NCBI GenBank assembly: GCA_963744145.1
Contig: CAVUSO010000001.1
Coordinates: forward strand, 2,944,001-3,008,000
DNA from: an uncultured cyanobacterium
GTDB lineage: Bacteria > Cyanobacteriota > Cyanobacteriia > Cyanobacteriales > CAWUOF01
Length of the DNA: 64,000 bases
Direction of reading: 5' to 3'
Position numbers and translations under genes: made by a program. Shown here piece after piece: positions 32,329 through 40,547 of this stretch (its first letter is position 1; each line of letters starts with the position of its first letter). The notes under the pieces were generated by a model. That model was not told the origin of the DNA, did no database searches, and saw nothing but the letters and a program-made list of their open reading frames with translations.

Positions 32329-33002
32329 ATGAATTTGGAATTACTGTAAAAGACCTCTGCTTTAGTTGGCCAAAGGGAACAGAGGTTCTAAATTCCTGCT
32401 CTTTGGCCGTTCCCAAGGGTGAGTTTTGGATGCTCTTGGGTACTAATGGGAGTGGTAAATCGACTCTACTCAGGTTGTTGGCTGGTTTATTAACTCCCCA
32501 GTCTGGTCAGATTGATATTAGTCAATATGTAGGTTTTGTGTTCCAAAATCCTGACCATCAGTTGGTGATGCCCTCAGTTGGGGCGGATGTAGCGTTTGGA
32601 CTGGTGGAGGAAAATCTGTCTTTAACCCAAATCCATCATCGGGTTGAAGAAGCTTTAAATGCAGTCAATTTGTTGGCTTTCCAGCGTCGTCCGATTTATG
32701 CTTTGAGTGGTGGACAAAAACAACGGATTGCGATCGCTGGTGCGATCGCTAGGCATTGTGAAGTTTTACTTTTAGATGAACCGACAGCTTTATTAGATCC
32801 GGATTCCCAGTTAGAGTTGGTGGCTCAAGTCCAGCGTTTGGTCAAAAGTCGAGGTTTAACTGCTTTATGGGTGACTCATCGTTTGGATGAGTTAAATTAC
32901 TGCGATGGGGCTTTTTTATTAGCCCAGGGACAAGTAGTTGATCAGGGTGACCCTGAACCTCTCAAGCAACGTCTGATGCGGATCGATTTTGGCCAAGATT
33001 AG
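32325..33002 (+). CDS. Energy-coupling factor (CbiO/EcfA-like) ABC ATPase
   Basis: GTNGSGKS, FQNPDHQL, LSGGQKQR, LLLDEPT. Confidence 0.9.
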   Translation: MNEFGITVKDLCFSWPKGTEVLNSCSLAVPKGEFWMLLGTNGSGKSTLLRLLAGLLTPQSGQIDISQYVGFVFQNPDHQLVMPSVGADVAFGLVEENLSLTQIHHRVEEALNAVNLLAFQRRPIYALSGGQKQRIAIAGAIARHCEVLLLDEPTALLDPDSQLELVAQVQRLVKSRGLTALWVTHRLDELNYCDGAFLLAQGQVVDQGDPEPLKQRLMRIDFGQD

Positions 33003-33121
33003 GAGTTAGCTCAGAGGTATTTTTTTTTGAACTTTTGTTAAAAAATGTCACGATAATGAAATAATTTTCAGTACGATAGAAGGTAACCCTAGATCAGCCG
33101 GATATAGCTTGGCTTCGGAAA

Positions 33122-33679
33122 ATGCCTTCTTCATCAGTGGGAGCGATTTTACTAGTAGACGGATATAATGTGATTGGCCTATGGCCTTGCTTATGCAAGA
33201 CCCGCGATCGCTATGGTTTAGAAGCTTCACGTTGTCAGCTAATCGAAGTGCTGATTAGCTATAGTGCTTTCCAGGGATATGACACCAGAATAGTTTTTGA
33301 TTCTCAGTATCGAGATGGTCCCAGTACGACGGAAACATTTAGTGAAAATTTATCAGTTTATTATACTAACTTTGGCCAAACTGCCGATACTTTTATCGAA
33401 AAAGCTTGTGCTTCCTTTCGTTATGATATTCAAAAGTTACATAAACGTCTAATTGTGGCGACATCCGATCGCGCCCAGCAACTGACAGTAGTTGGTTATG
33501 GAGCAGAGTGGATGTCTGCACATCAGTTAGTTACCGATGTCGAAGTAAGTAAATATCGCGTTCGTCAAAAACAGCAGCAAAAAAAACGAGCCGATGGTCG
33601 CTTTTTGGGCAATTCCTTAAATCAAGCCGCCTTGGAACGTTTGGCCAATCTTCGTCAAAGTCTACATCAAAAAAAATAA
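33122..33679 (+). CDS. NYN domain RNase, YacP/Rae1 family
   Basis: LLVDGYN, VFD, TADTFIE, VATSD motifs. Confidence 0.88.
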   Translation: MPSSSVGAILLVDGYNVIGLWPCLCKTRDRYGLEASRCQLIEVLISYSAFQGYDTRIVFDSQYRDGPSTTETFSENLSVYYTNFGQTADTFIEKACASFRYDIQKLHKRLIVATSDRAQQLTVVGYGAEWMSAHQLVTDVEVSKYRVRQKQQQKKRADGRFLGNSLNQAALERLANLRQSLHQKK

Positions 33680-33699
33680 AAAAAAGTTGCTTTCAGGTA

Positions 33700-33729
33700 T
33701 TGACAAACTTGCTCAGGTGTGAGTAACAT
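33700..33729 (+). promoter_or_regulatory. Sigma70-type promoter of tRNA-Asn
   Basis: TTGACA (33700-33705), 18 bp spacer, TAACAT (33724-33729). Confidence 0.6.
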
Positions 33730-33760
33730 AAGAAAATGTGAATAGCTACTAAACACACAA

Positions 33761-33832
33761 TCCTCAGTAGCTCAGTGGTAGAGCGATCGGCTGTTAACCG
33801 ATTGGTCGTAGGTTCGAATCCTACCTGGGGAG
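33761..33832 (+). tRNA. trnN: tRNA-Asn (GTT)
   Basis: 72-nt cloverleaf: TCCTCAG acceptor, AGCTCAGTGGTAGAGC D arm, ATCGG-CTGTTAA-CCGAT anticodon arm, GGTTCGAATCC T loop. Confidence 0.97.
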
Positions 33833-33996
33833 TTAAATTATATTATCATTTCTATGAGTTTGTGCGACAACAAAGCTTATGCACTTGACTGACCTGTACA
33901 ATTATGCTGTAATGCAAGCATAGGCCCTGACTGACCCCAAAAAATCTTGTATGGCTAACTATATTCAAGAAACCAGTGGGTTACTGCAAATATCTC

Positions 33997-34869
33997 ATGG
34001 TCGAAATAGAGAAGCGAATCGACCAACACAGATTATTTGGACTAGATTCCCTACAAGAGCATTTGTTTCGGTTTTGTAAGGCTGTCATAACAGCAGATAG
34101 TGCTACAGTAAAGAAATTTATTTTTTACGATTTGGTTCCTTCTATATTTCTTTACGGACCGCCAAACACAGGGAAAACAACTCTGTGTTATTTGTTGTTT
34201 GACCGTCTGAAAAAAGAAGTCACCAATGAAATCAATTTTTACACTATTGATATTGGTAAGATGCTTGATCCTGCGTTAGGACAGTCATCTCGTAATTTAG
34301 AGCAAGCATTTGAAGATTTACGGAAAGCTTGTTCAGATGATTCATCAGCATTTTTAGTGCTAGATGAACTGGATTCTTTCTGTATGAACCGTAGTCGTGT
34401 TCAGGAGCATGATGCGATCCGTCGAGCAATGACAACTCTCATATTAGAACTTGACAAATTACATCCATCCTCAACCAGAAAATTGATTTTGTTCGGGATT
34501 ACTAATGTAGATCAACTAATTGATACAGCAGTGGTGCGTAGATTTTCCCTAAAGTATTGTGTTGATGCTAATCTTTTTTGGGAAGATTTTCGAGCTTATA
34601 TTGAGTATTTGAGTAAGCCAATTAACTACTCTCCTCAAGATCAAGATTTGCAGGCTTTATATGATATTTATCAACATCGTGCTTTCAAATCAGGAGACAT
34701 AAAAGCTCTTTATAAGGTTTTATTGATTGATGTCATTTGTGAAAACAAAGAAATTTCGATCAGAGATAAATTATTTAAGCTCTTTGAAGAAGGGTTCTCA
34801 ACTCACGAGCATTTAGTTAAAACTTACGGAGAATTTGCAAATGGCAGACAAAAAATGGCTAACAGATGA
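33997..34869 (+). CDS. Single-module AAA+ ATPase, Pch2/TRIP13-like
   Basis: Walker A YGPPNTGKT, Walker B FLVLDELD, HDAIRRAMTTLILELDKL helix, ITN sensor, IDTAVVRRF Arg finger; start uncertain. Confidence 0.8.
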   Translation: MVEIEKRIDQHRLFGLDSLQEHLFRFCKAVITADSATVKKFIFYDLVPSIFLYGPPNTGKTTLCYLLFDRLKKEVTNEINFYTIDIGKMLDPALGQSSRNLEQAFEDLRKACSDDSSAFLVLDELDSFCMNRSRVQEHDAIRRAMTTLILELDKLHPSSTRKLILFGITNVDQLIDTAVVRRFSLKYCVDANLFWEDFRAYIEYLSKPINYSPQDQDLQALYDIYQHRAFKSGDIKALYKVLLIDVICENKEISIRDKLFKLFEEGFSTHEHLVKTYGEFANGRQKMANR

Positions 34870-35065
34870 GGATAGGATGATCGATAGTTATAAAGCTCAC
34901 AGAGACTTGATCACCTGGATTATGAACAAGTTGCAAGCAGAGGGAATTGATTGTCGTAGAACAACAAGCAATGATTCTCATGGTGATATTCTTTACTATA
35001 AGCATGAAGACGCGCCAAGAGTGAAGGAAATTATCCGCGAAATTAACTCTAAGTATAATCCGTAG
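34841..35065 (+). CDS. 74-aa hypothetical protein
   Basis: GGAG SD at 34828-34831, ATG 34841 overlapping the end of the ATPase gene. Confidence 0.7.
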   Translation: MADKKWLTDEDRMIDSYKAHRDLITWIMNKLQAEGIDCRRTTSNDSHGDILYYKHEDAPRVKEIIREINSKYNP

Positions 35066-35074
35066 GATGTTTAT

Positions 35075-35282
35075 ATGCCATATATTGAAATCAAAGTCCG
35101 TCAACAGATCGACTCAACTTTAGCACAAAAGATTATTGACAAGAAATGTGTGACCGCTGTACTAACTACAGGGAAAATTACGGGTCCAAGCAAAGAAACT
35201 CTTTGATGAAAATGACATAGCATATGCAGAAAATGTTCCTGAGAAAGAGTTTAGGGAATCTGAAGCTAAGGAGGAAGGATAA
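35075..35282 (+). CDS. 68-aa protein with a +1 frameshift near 35182-35189 (absent from ORF track)
   Basis: MPYIEIKVRQQ...TTGKITGP, then the +1 frame AKKLFDENDIAYAENVPEKEFRESEAKEEG ends in a TAATG overlap with the next ATG. Confidence 0.65.
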
Positions 35283-35650
35283 TGTTAGACATTTCATTCT
35301 ACTCAGACGACAAAAAGATAGTTGATACAGTTTCTCTTTCAGAAGGATTTTACCTTTGGCTAAGTAAGTCAGACTTTTCTAAGATTGGCAAGTCTGAAGA
35401 AAAGGAGATGAAAGCAGATGAAGAAGTTGTAAAAGTTCCTGTTGTTTTTCTTGAAGGTGAAAATCGGAGAAAGTTTAGCACTTTTTTTCGTGATGCAATT
35501 GTCCAAGAAAGTAATGAAATGTTAGATAAACTAGGTTCTTCACCTTCAATGAAAGAATACTCTGACTATTCCTATAAGCTGAAAACTTTGCATGATATAC
35601 TTAAGCTGGTAGAGAATGAAAAAAACAAGTATTTGGGGCGAGTAGAATAA
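35282..35650 (+). CDS. 122-aa hypothetical protein
   Basis: Strong AAGGAGG/AAGGA SD, TAATG coupling, open 122-codon frame. Confidence 0.75.
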   Translation: MLDISFYSDDKKIVDTVSLSEGFYLWLSKSDFSKIGKSEEKEMKADEEVVKVPVVFLEGENRRKFSTFFRDAIVQESNEMLDKLGSSPSMKEYSDYSYKLKTLHDILKLVENEKNKYLGRVE

Positions 35651-35941
35651 CCATATTAGCATAAAAAGACTTTGAAGTGAATTGCCTTATCCATCACTTT
35701 AGCTAAGTGCGATCGCCAATTTTGACTGCTAAAACTAGAGCGATCGCCTTTCGTTCCGCTTTTAAACCTGTCAATAGATCAGCCAAAGTAACATTGTTAT
35801 TTTCCATATTGGAAAATAAGATTCTGCCCTGTCATTGCGATCGAAACGACACAATCTCAAACTCTGGCGATCGCTCAATAAAGTTCAGTTAAATGTAGGT
35901 GAGGGCGATCGCACTTCCAACTACACCAATTTTCCCTAATA

Positions 35942-36040
35942 TATAGCGGTTCTCAATGAGAGTGAGGTACGCTTTTAATCTTGAAAGCCTTTCTCTGCTT
36001 ACAGTTAAGCGTACCTTATGGCTCACAGAAACGCGCTTAT
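35942..36040. mobile_element. Degenerate MITE-like element
   Basis: Starts TATAGCGGTTCTCA; internal inverted repeat tgaggtacgctt / aagcgtacctta; decayed right end. Confidence 0.4.
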
Positions 36041-36871
36041 TTAACGAACACGATAGGTAACAGCTACTTCACGGAAGACTTCAATCACCGTTAGTCTTTC
36101 AGGATTGTAAGCGGAAGGGGGATGGCGGAAAACTTCTGTAACAATATTTTGCTCCTGGCTGCAAGGAGAGTAGAAGCGTCCGATAAAAGGAAGCTCGGCA
36201 ACAGATGGTACATCTGCTAACTGTACTCCCATTGCTTTGGCGATCGCATCAGCCCGCAATTTAGCATCTTTCATGGCAGCTTGGTAGGCATTTTGCTCCA
36301 CCAGTTCACAGCTATCCACCAGATATTGAACATAGATATCTTCCAGGTGGATTTTCTTGGAATTATCGGTTTTAGATGGTAAGACATTTTTGACAGCGTT
36401 GACAATCTCGGCCAGCTTTACCTGGGTAGGTTTCTCTAATTCAATAGCAATAGTAGCCGCATTCCTTCTGTTATAGTAGAATCTCTTGTCTTCAAGTGGA
36501 TTAATCAGGACTTTAATTTTATTTTCAGGTACACCGGCTGCTTTCAGAGCTGCTACAATATAGTTTAGCGACTCTGCCGTAATAGGTTCTTGGGGGGATT
36601 TGGGTGGCTGATTGGGTAAGGGGGGATACTCGTCTGGGGGATTCTGATTGGTGAGCACAATATCAATCCGAGCCAAATCTGCTGGAACTCTGGCATAACC
36701 CTGTCCAGTGACTGCAATGGTTTGCCGATCGCCACTAGGTGGATAGAAAAACTGGGCAAGACGGGTGTTCTGGACAGGAGCAGGTGCAGCAATTGTACAA
36801 ACTGGAAAAATCGATTCAACAGCGATCGCCAGAATAGCAAAAACCAAGTTGAAGTGAATTGGCCTAGTCAT
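36041..36871 (-). CDS. SIMPL (DUF541) domain secreted protein
   Basis: Signal peptide, IAVTGQGYARVPAD, AMKDAKLRADAIAKAMGV, VAVTY ending. Confidence 0.85.
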   Translation of the reverse strand: MTRPIHFNLVFAILAIAVESIFPVCTIAAPAPVQNTRLAQFFYPPSGDRQTIAVTGQGYARVPADLARIDIVLTNQNPPDEYPPLPNQPPKSPQEPITAESLNYIVAALKAAGVPENKIKVLINPLEDKRFYYNRRNAATIAIELEKPTQVKLAEIVNAVKNVLPSKTDNSKKIHLEDIYVQYLVDSCELVEQNAYQAAMKDAKLRADAIAKAMGVQLADVPSVAELPFIGRFYSPCSQEQNIVTEVFRHPPSAYNPERLTVIEVFREVAVTYRVR

Positions 36872-36988
36872 TGATGAATTCCTAAAAACTAGAATTTTCT
36901 CATTTAAATAATGGCTCTACTCTAAACTGAATTGCGATCAACGCACAAAGGGATTTGCTATAGCGGGGTGCGATCGCCATAAATACTA

Positions 36989-37750
36989 TTATTTATCCCA
37001 AATACAAATAGACTCTGGTTTGACTGGACAAACTTTGTTATTAATTGGATTATTTTTGAGATAAACTCTATCAAGTTTAGTTAAGGATTGTAATGGGGTT
37101 AGATTTGTAATTTGATTATTATTAATGTAGACATCACGAAGATTAGGCAAAGATTTTAATGGGCTTATATCTGTAATCTGATTACGGTCAAGCTGAAGAT
37201 ATTCAAGATTAATCAAAGGTTTTAATGGGGTTATATCAACAATTTGATTATCGTTAAGATAGAGAAAATCAAGATTAGTTAAAGATGCTAATGAGGTGAT
37301 ATCACTAATTTGATTATTATTAATATAGAGAGAGCCAAGATTAATCAAAAATTGTAATGAGGTTATATTATTAATGTGATTATTATTAAGATAAAGAAAT
37401 TTAAGATTAATCAAAAATTGTAAGGTCGTTATATTACTAATTTGATTATGATCAAGCTGGAGAGCTTCAAGATTAATCAATGATTGTAAGGGAGTTAGAT
37501 CACTGATTTGATTGTTACCAAGAGTTAGGGATTGAAGATTAGTCAATGATTGTAAGGGAGTTAGATCACTAATTTTTTTGTACCATGTTTCTATTAGTTC
37601 TATATTTGTTAACTTTAAAAGTTTTTGATTAGCCTGATCACAATCATTGCTCTTGATATAGTTCAATAACGCCTCAACTGTATATTTAACTGGAGCAGCC
37701 AAACTATCTTTATTATTACACCAATCTGCAAAGTTCCAGAGGCTACTTGT
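36989..37750 (-). pseudogene. Internalin-like leucine-rich repeat protein, apparently 5'-truncated
   Basis: 22-aa LRRs (NQISDLTPLQSLTNL); the frame extends upstream of TTG 37702 through NFADWCNNK to an in-frame TAA with no ATG or signal peptide. Confidence 0.6.
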
Positions 37751-37783
37751 TTACTCAGCGATCGCCCGTACTTTCTAATTGAG

Positions 37784-38296
37784 TTAAGCATCAGGATTAT
37801 CTCCTTGGTGGAGCTGATTTAATAGAATATCAAGGATGCGACGATTTTCAGTTTGGAGTCCGCGAATTTCCTCTTGTTGTTGAAAAATAATTGTTTGTTG
37901 ATGTGTGATATTTGCTTGATGTTGATCCATTCTTTGAAATAACTGTTCTCGTTCCTCTCTAGCTTCTGCTGCTACATTTACTAAAGTTTGAATAGCGCGA
38001 GCATTACTCTCAATTAAGCGATTGTTATTCTCAGTCGCGATCGCAATATTATCCACCCGATTGGTCAAAGTTTCGAGGGAACTAGCGATATTATCCACCC
38101 GATTGGTCAAACCTTCTACCGAACTAGCGATATTATCCACCCGATTGGTCAAACTTTCTACCGAACTAGCGATATTATCCACCCGATTGGTCAAACTTTC
38201 TACCGAACTAGCGATACTATCCACCCGATTGGTCAAACCTTCTACCGAATTAGCTAGACGATCTAGTCTTCCATCATCCCATTGCTGTCTACTCAT
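37784..38296 (-). CDS. Coiled-coil repeat protein (paralog 1)
   Basis: Five 14-aa units IASSVESLTNRVDN; C-terminal EIRGLQTENRRILD. Confidence 0.8.
   Translation of the reverse strand: MSRQQWDDGRLDRLANSVEGLTNRVDSIASSVESLTNRVDNIASSVESLTNRVDNIASSVEGLTNRVDNIASSLETLTNRVDNIAIATENNNRLIESNARAIQTLVNVAAEAREEREQLFQRMDQHQANITHQQTIIFQQQEEIRGLQTENRRILDILLNQLHQGDNPDA
38043..38254. repeat. 42-bp intragenic tandem repeat, about 5 units
   Basis: gcgatattatccacccgattggtcaaactttctaccgaacta units. Confidence 0.9.
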
Positions 38297-38505
38297 AAAT
38301 TTTTTCCCCAACTTGCTGGTTTTTATGATAACTTAGATTTTAGTTATTTTACTTAATCATTCTGCGATCATCTTACTTTTCTGCGATGCGATCGCGCAGG
38401 ATAGATTTTTGGGGATAAATATTATCGTGTATAATGCTCAGAGAATACACCTATTAATCGAGCCAGATAGAAACATTAACTACTTTGAACAGGGTAAAGA
38501 TCGCC

Positions 38506-39081
38506 ATGACTAGCTTAACATTAAACCTTAACCCCATTATTAAACTGACAGATGAACAATTTTTTCAACTCTGTCAAGAAAATGACAATATTAGATTAGA
38601 ACGCACCGCTAAAGGAGAATTAATTATCATGTCACCCGCAGGAGGAGAAACTGGAAATCGGAATGGAAGATTAACACAGCAATTATTCAATTGGGTGGAT
38701 CAAGATGCTAGCGGTATTGCGTTTGATTCTTCCACGGGATTTAAACTACCTAATGGTGCAGATAGATCACCTGATGCTGCTTGGGTAAAGTTAGAACGTT
38801 GGAATGCTTTAACTCCTGAACAAAAAACGAAATTTCCTCCTTTGTGTCCAGATTTTGTGGTGGAATTACTTTCACCGAGTGATAGTTTGAAAGAAACTCA
38901 GGATAAGATGAAGGAATATCGAGATAATGGTGTACTTTTGGGGTTGTTAATTAATCGCAAAAATCAACAAGTAGAAATTTATCGACCAGGTAGAGAAGTT
39001 GAGGTATTAGATCATCCTACTCAGATATCTGGTGATCCGGTTCTCCCTGGTTTTGTGTTAAACTTAGCATCAATTTGGTAG
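38506..39081 (+). CDS. Uma2 family PD-(D/E)xK endonuclease (copy A)
   Basis: LERTAKGELIIMSP, FDSSTGF, RSPDAAW, VELLSPSD; -10 TATAAT at 38430-38435. Confidence 0.9.
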   Translation: MTSLTLNLNPIIKLTDEQFFQLCQENDNIRLERTAKGELIIMSPAGGETGNRNGRLTQQLFNWVDQDASGIAFDSSTGFKLPNGADRSPDAAWVKLERWNALTPEQKTKFPPLCPDFVVELLSPSDSLKETQDKMKEYRDNGVLLGLLINRKNQQVEIYRPGREVEVLDHPTQISGDPVLPGFVLNLASIW

Positions 39082-39225
39082 CGATAACAGTGATGAGAAA
39101 TGCGATCGCTTTTTTTCTAAAGTGCGATCGCACCTAATTTATTATAGTGTATAATGCTCAGAAAATGTACCTGTTAATCGAGCCAGATTGAAACCTTAAC
39201 CACTTTGAAAAGAATAAATATCGCT

Positions 39226-39801
39226 ATGACCAGCTTAACATTAAACCTCAACCCCATTATTAAACTGACAGATGAACAATTTTTTCAACTCTGTCAAGAA
39301 AATGACAATGTTAGATTAGAACGCACCGCTAAAGGAGAATTAATTATTATGTCACCCGCAGGAGGAGAAACTGGAAATCGCAATGCAGGACTAACTGCAC
39401 AACTTTGGATTTGGAATGAGCAAAATAAACAAGGTATTGTTTTTGATTCTTCCACGGGATTTAAACTACCTAATGGTGCAGATAGATCACCTGATGCTGC
39501 TTGGGTAAAGTTAGAACGTTGGAATGCTTTAACTCCTGAACAAAAAACGAAATTTCCTCCTTTGTGTCCAGATTTTGTGGTGGAATTACTTTCACCGAGT
39601 GATAGTTTGAAAGAAACTCAGGATAAGATGAAGGAATATCGAGATAATGGTGTACTTTTGGGGTTGTTAATTAATCGCAAAAATCAACAAGTAGAAATTT
39701 ATCGACCAAGTAGAGAAGTTGAGGTATTAGATCATCCTACTCAGATATCTGGTGATCCGGTTCTCCCTGGTTTTGTGTTAAACTTAGCATCAATTTGGTA
39801 G
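39226..39801 (+). CDS. Uma2 family PD-(D/E)xK endonuclease (copy B)
   Basis: Tandem duplicate of copy A with a 720-bp period, including upstream TATAAT at 39150-39155. Confidence 0.9.
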   Translation: MTSLTLNLNPIIKLTDEQFFQLCQENDNVRLERTAKGELIIMSPAGGETGNRNAGLTAQLWIWNEQNKQGIVFDSSTGFKLPNGADRSPDAAWVKLERWNALTPEQKTKFPPLCPDFVVELLSPSDSLKETQDKMKEYRDNGVLLGLLINRKNQQVEIYRPSREVEVLDHPTQISGDPVLPGFVLNLASIW

Positions 39802-39867
39802 CGATAACAGTGATGAGAAATGCGATCGCTTTTTCTCAAGTACGATCGCCTCAACCTTCTAATTTAA

Positions 39868-40359
39868 TTAAGCAGTAGGATGATCTCCCTGATTACGCTG
39901 ATTGATTAGAATATCAAGAATGCGACGATTTTCAGTTTGGAGTCCGCGAATTTCTTCTTGTTGCTGAACAATAATTGCTTGTTGCTGTGCCATATTTGCT
40001 TGTTGCTGTGCTATATTTTCTTGATGTTGATCCATCCTTTGAAATAACTGTTCTCGTTCTTCCCTTGCTTCTGCTGCTACATTTGCTAATGCTTGAATAA
40101 CGCGAGCATTACTCTCGATCAAGTGATTGTTATTCTCGGTCGCGATCGCAATCCGATCAACCCGATTGGTCAAATTTTCGACCGAGTTAGCGATATTATC
40201 AACCCGATTGGTCAAATTTTCGACCGAGTTAGCGATATTATCAACCCGATTGGTCAAATTTTCGATCGAGTTAGCGATATTATCAACCCGATTGGTCAAA
40301 TTTTCGACCGAGTTAGCTAGACGATCTAGTCGAGCGTCATCCCATTGCTCCCTACTCAT
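39868..40359 (-). CDS. Coiled-coil repeat protein (paralog 2)
   Basis: Four 14-aa units IANSVENLTNRVDN; same N- and C-terminal motifs as paralog 1. Confidence 0.8.
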   Translation of the reverse strand: MSREQWDDARLDRLANSVENLTNRVDNIANSIENLTNRVDNIANSVENLTNRVDNIANSVENLTNRVDRIAIATENNNHLIESNARVIQALANVAAEAREEREQLFQRMDQHQENIAQQQANMAQQQAIIVQQQEEIRGLQTENRRILDILINQRNQGDHPTA

Positions 40360-40547
40360 AAATTTTTCTCCTAAATTGCTGATTTTTATCATAACTTCTC
40401 TTTGAGTTCTTTTGCTTACCCTGCCACGTTCGCTAATTTTTCCCCAGGTGTGAACAGCACTATGTTATAATCAAAAGGATTAAACACATATTAGTGACTT
40501 TTTATTGAGCAGCAAATCAATAATAAATTTTTAAGTGCCTAGGATAA

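Noticed and set aside
33997..35650. Calling the cassette a type III CBASS
   Set aside because: Only the ATPase resembles Cap6/TRIP13; no CD-NTase, recognisable HORMA or known effector is present
35707..35892. 61-aa ORF as fifth gene of the cassette
   Set aside because: HIP1-rich host-like DNA, no SD or coupling, no motifs
33833..37000. Integrase-type island with attR duplication of the tRNA 3' end
   Set aside because: No integrase and no repeat of the tRNA-Asn 3' sequence found downstream by eye
38043..40316. 42-bp repeats as a CRISPR array
   Set aside because: Units are head-to-tail with no unique spacers, are in frame inside coding genes, and no cas genes are present
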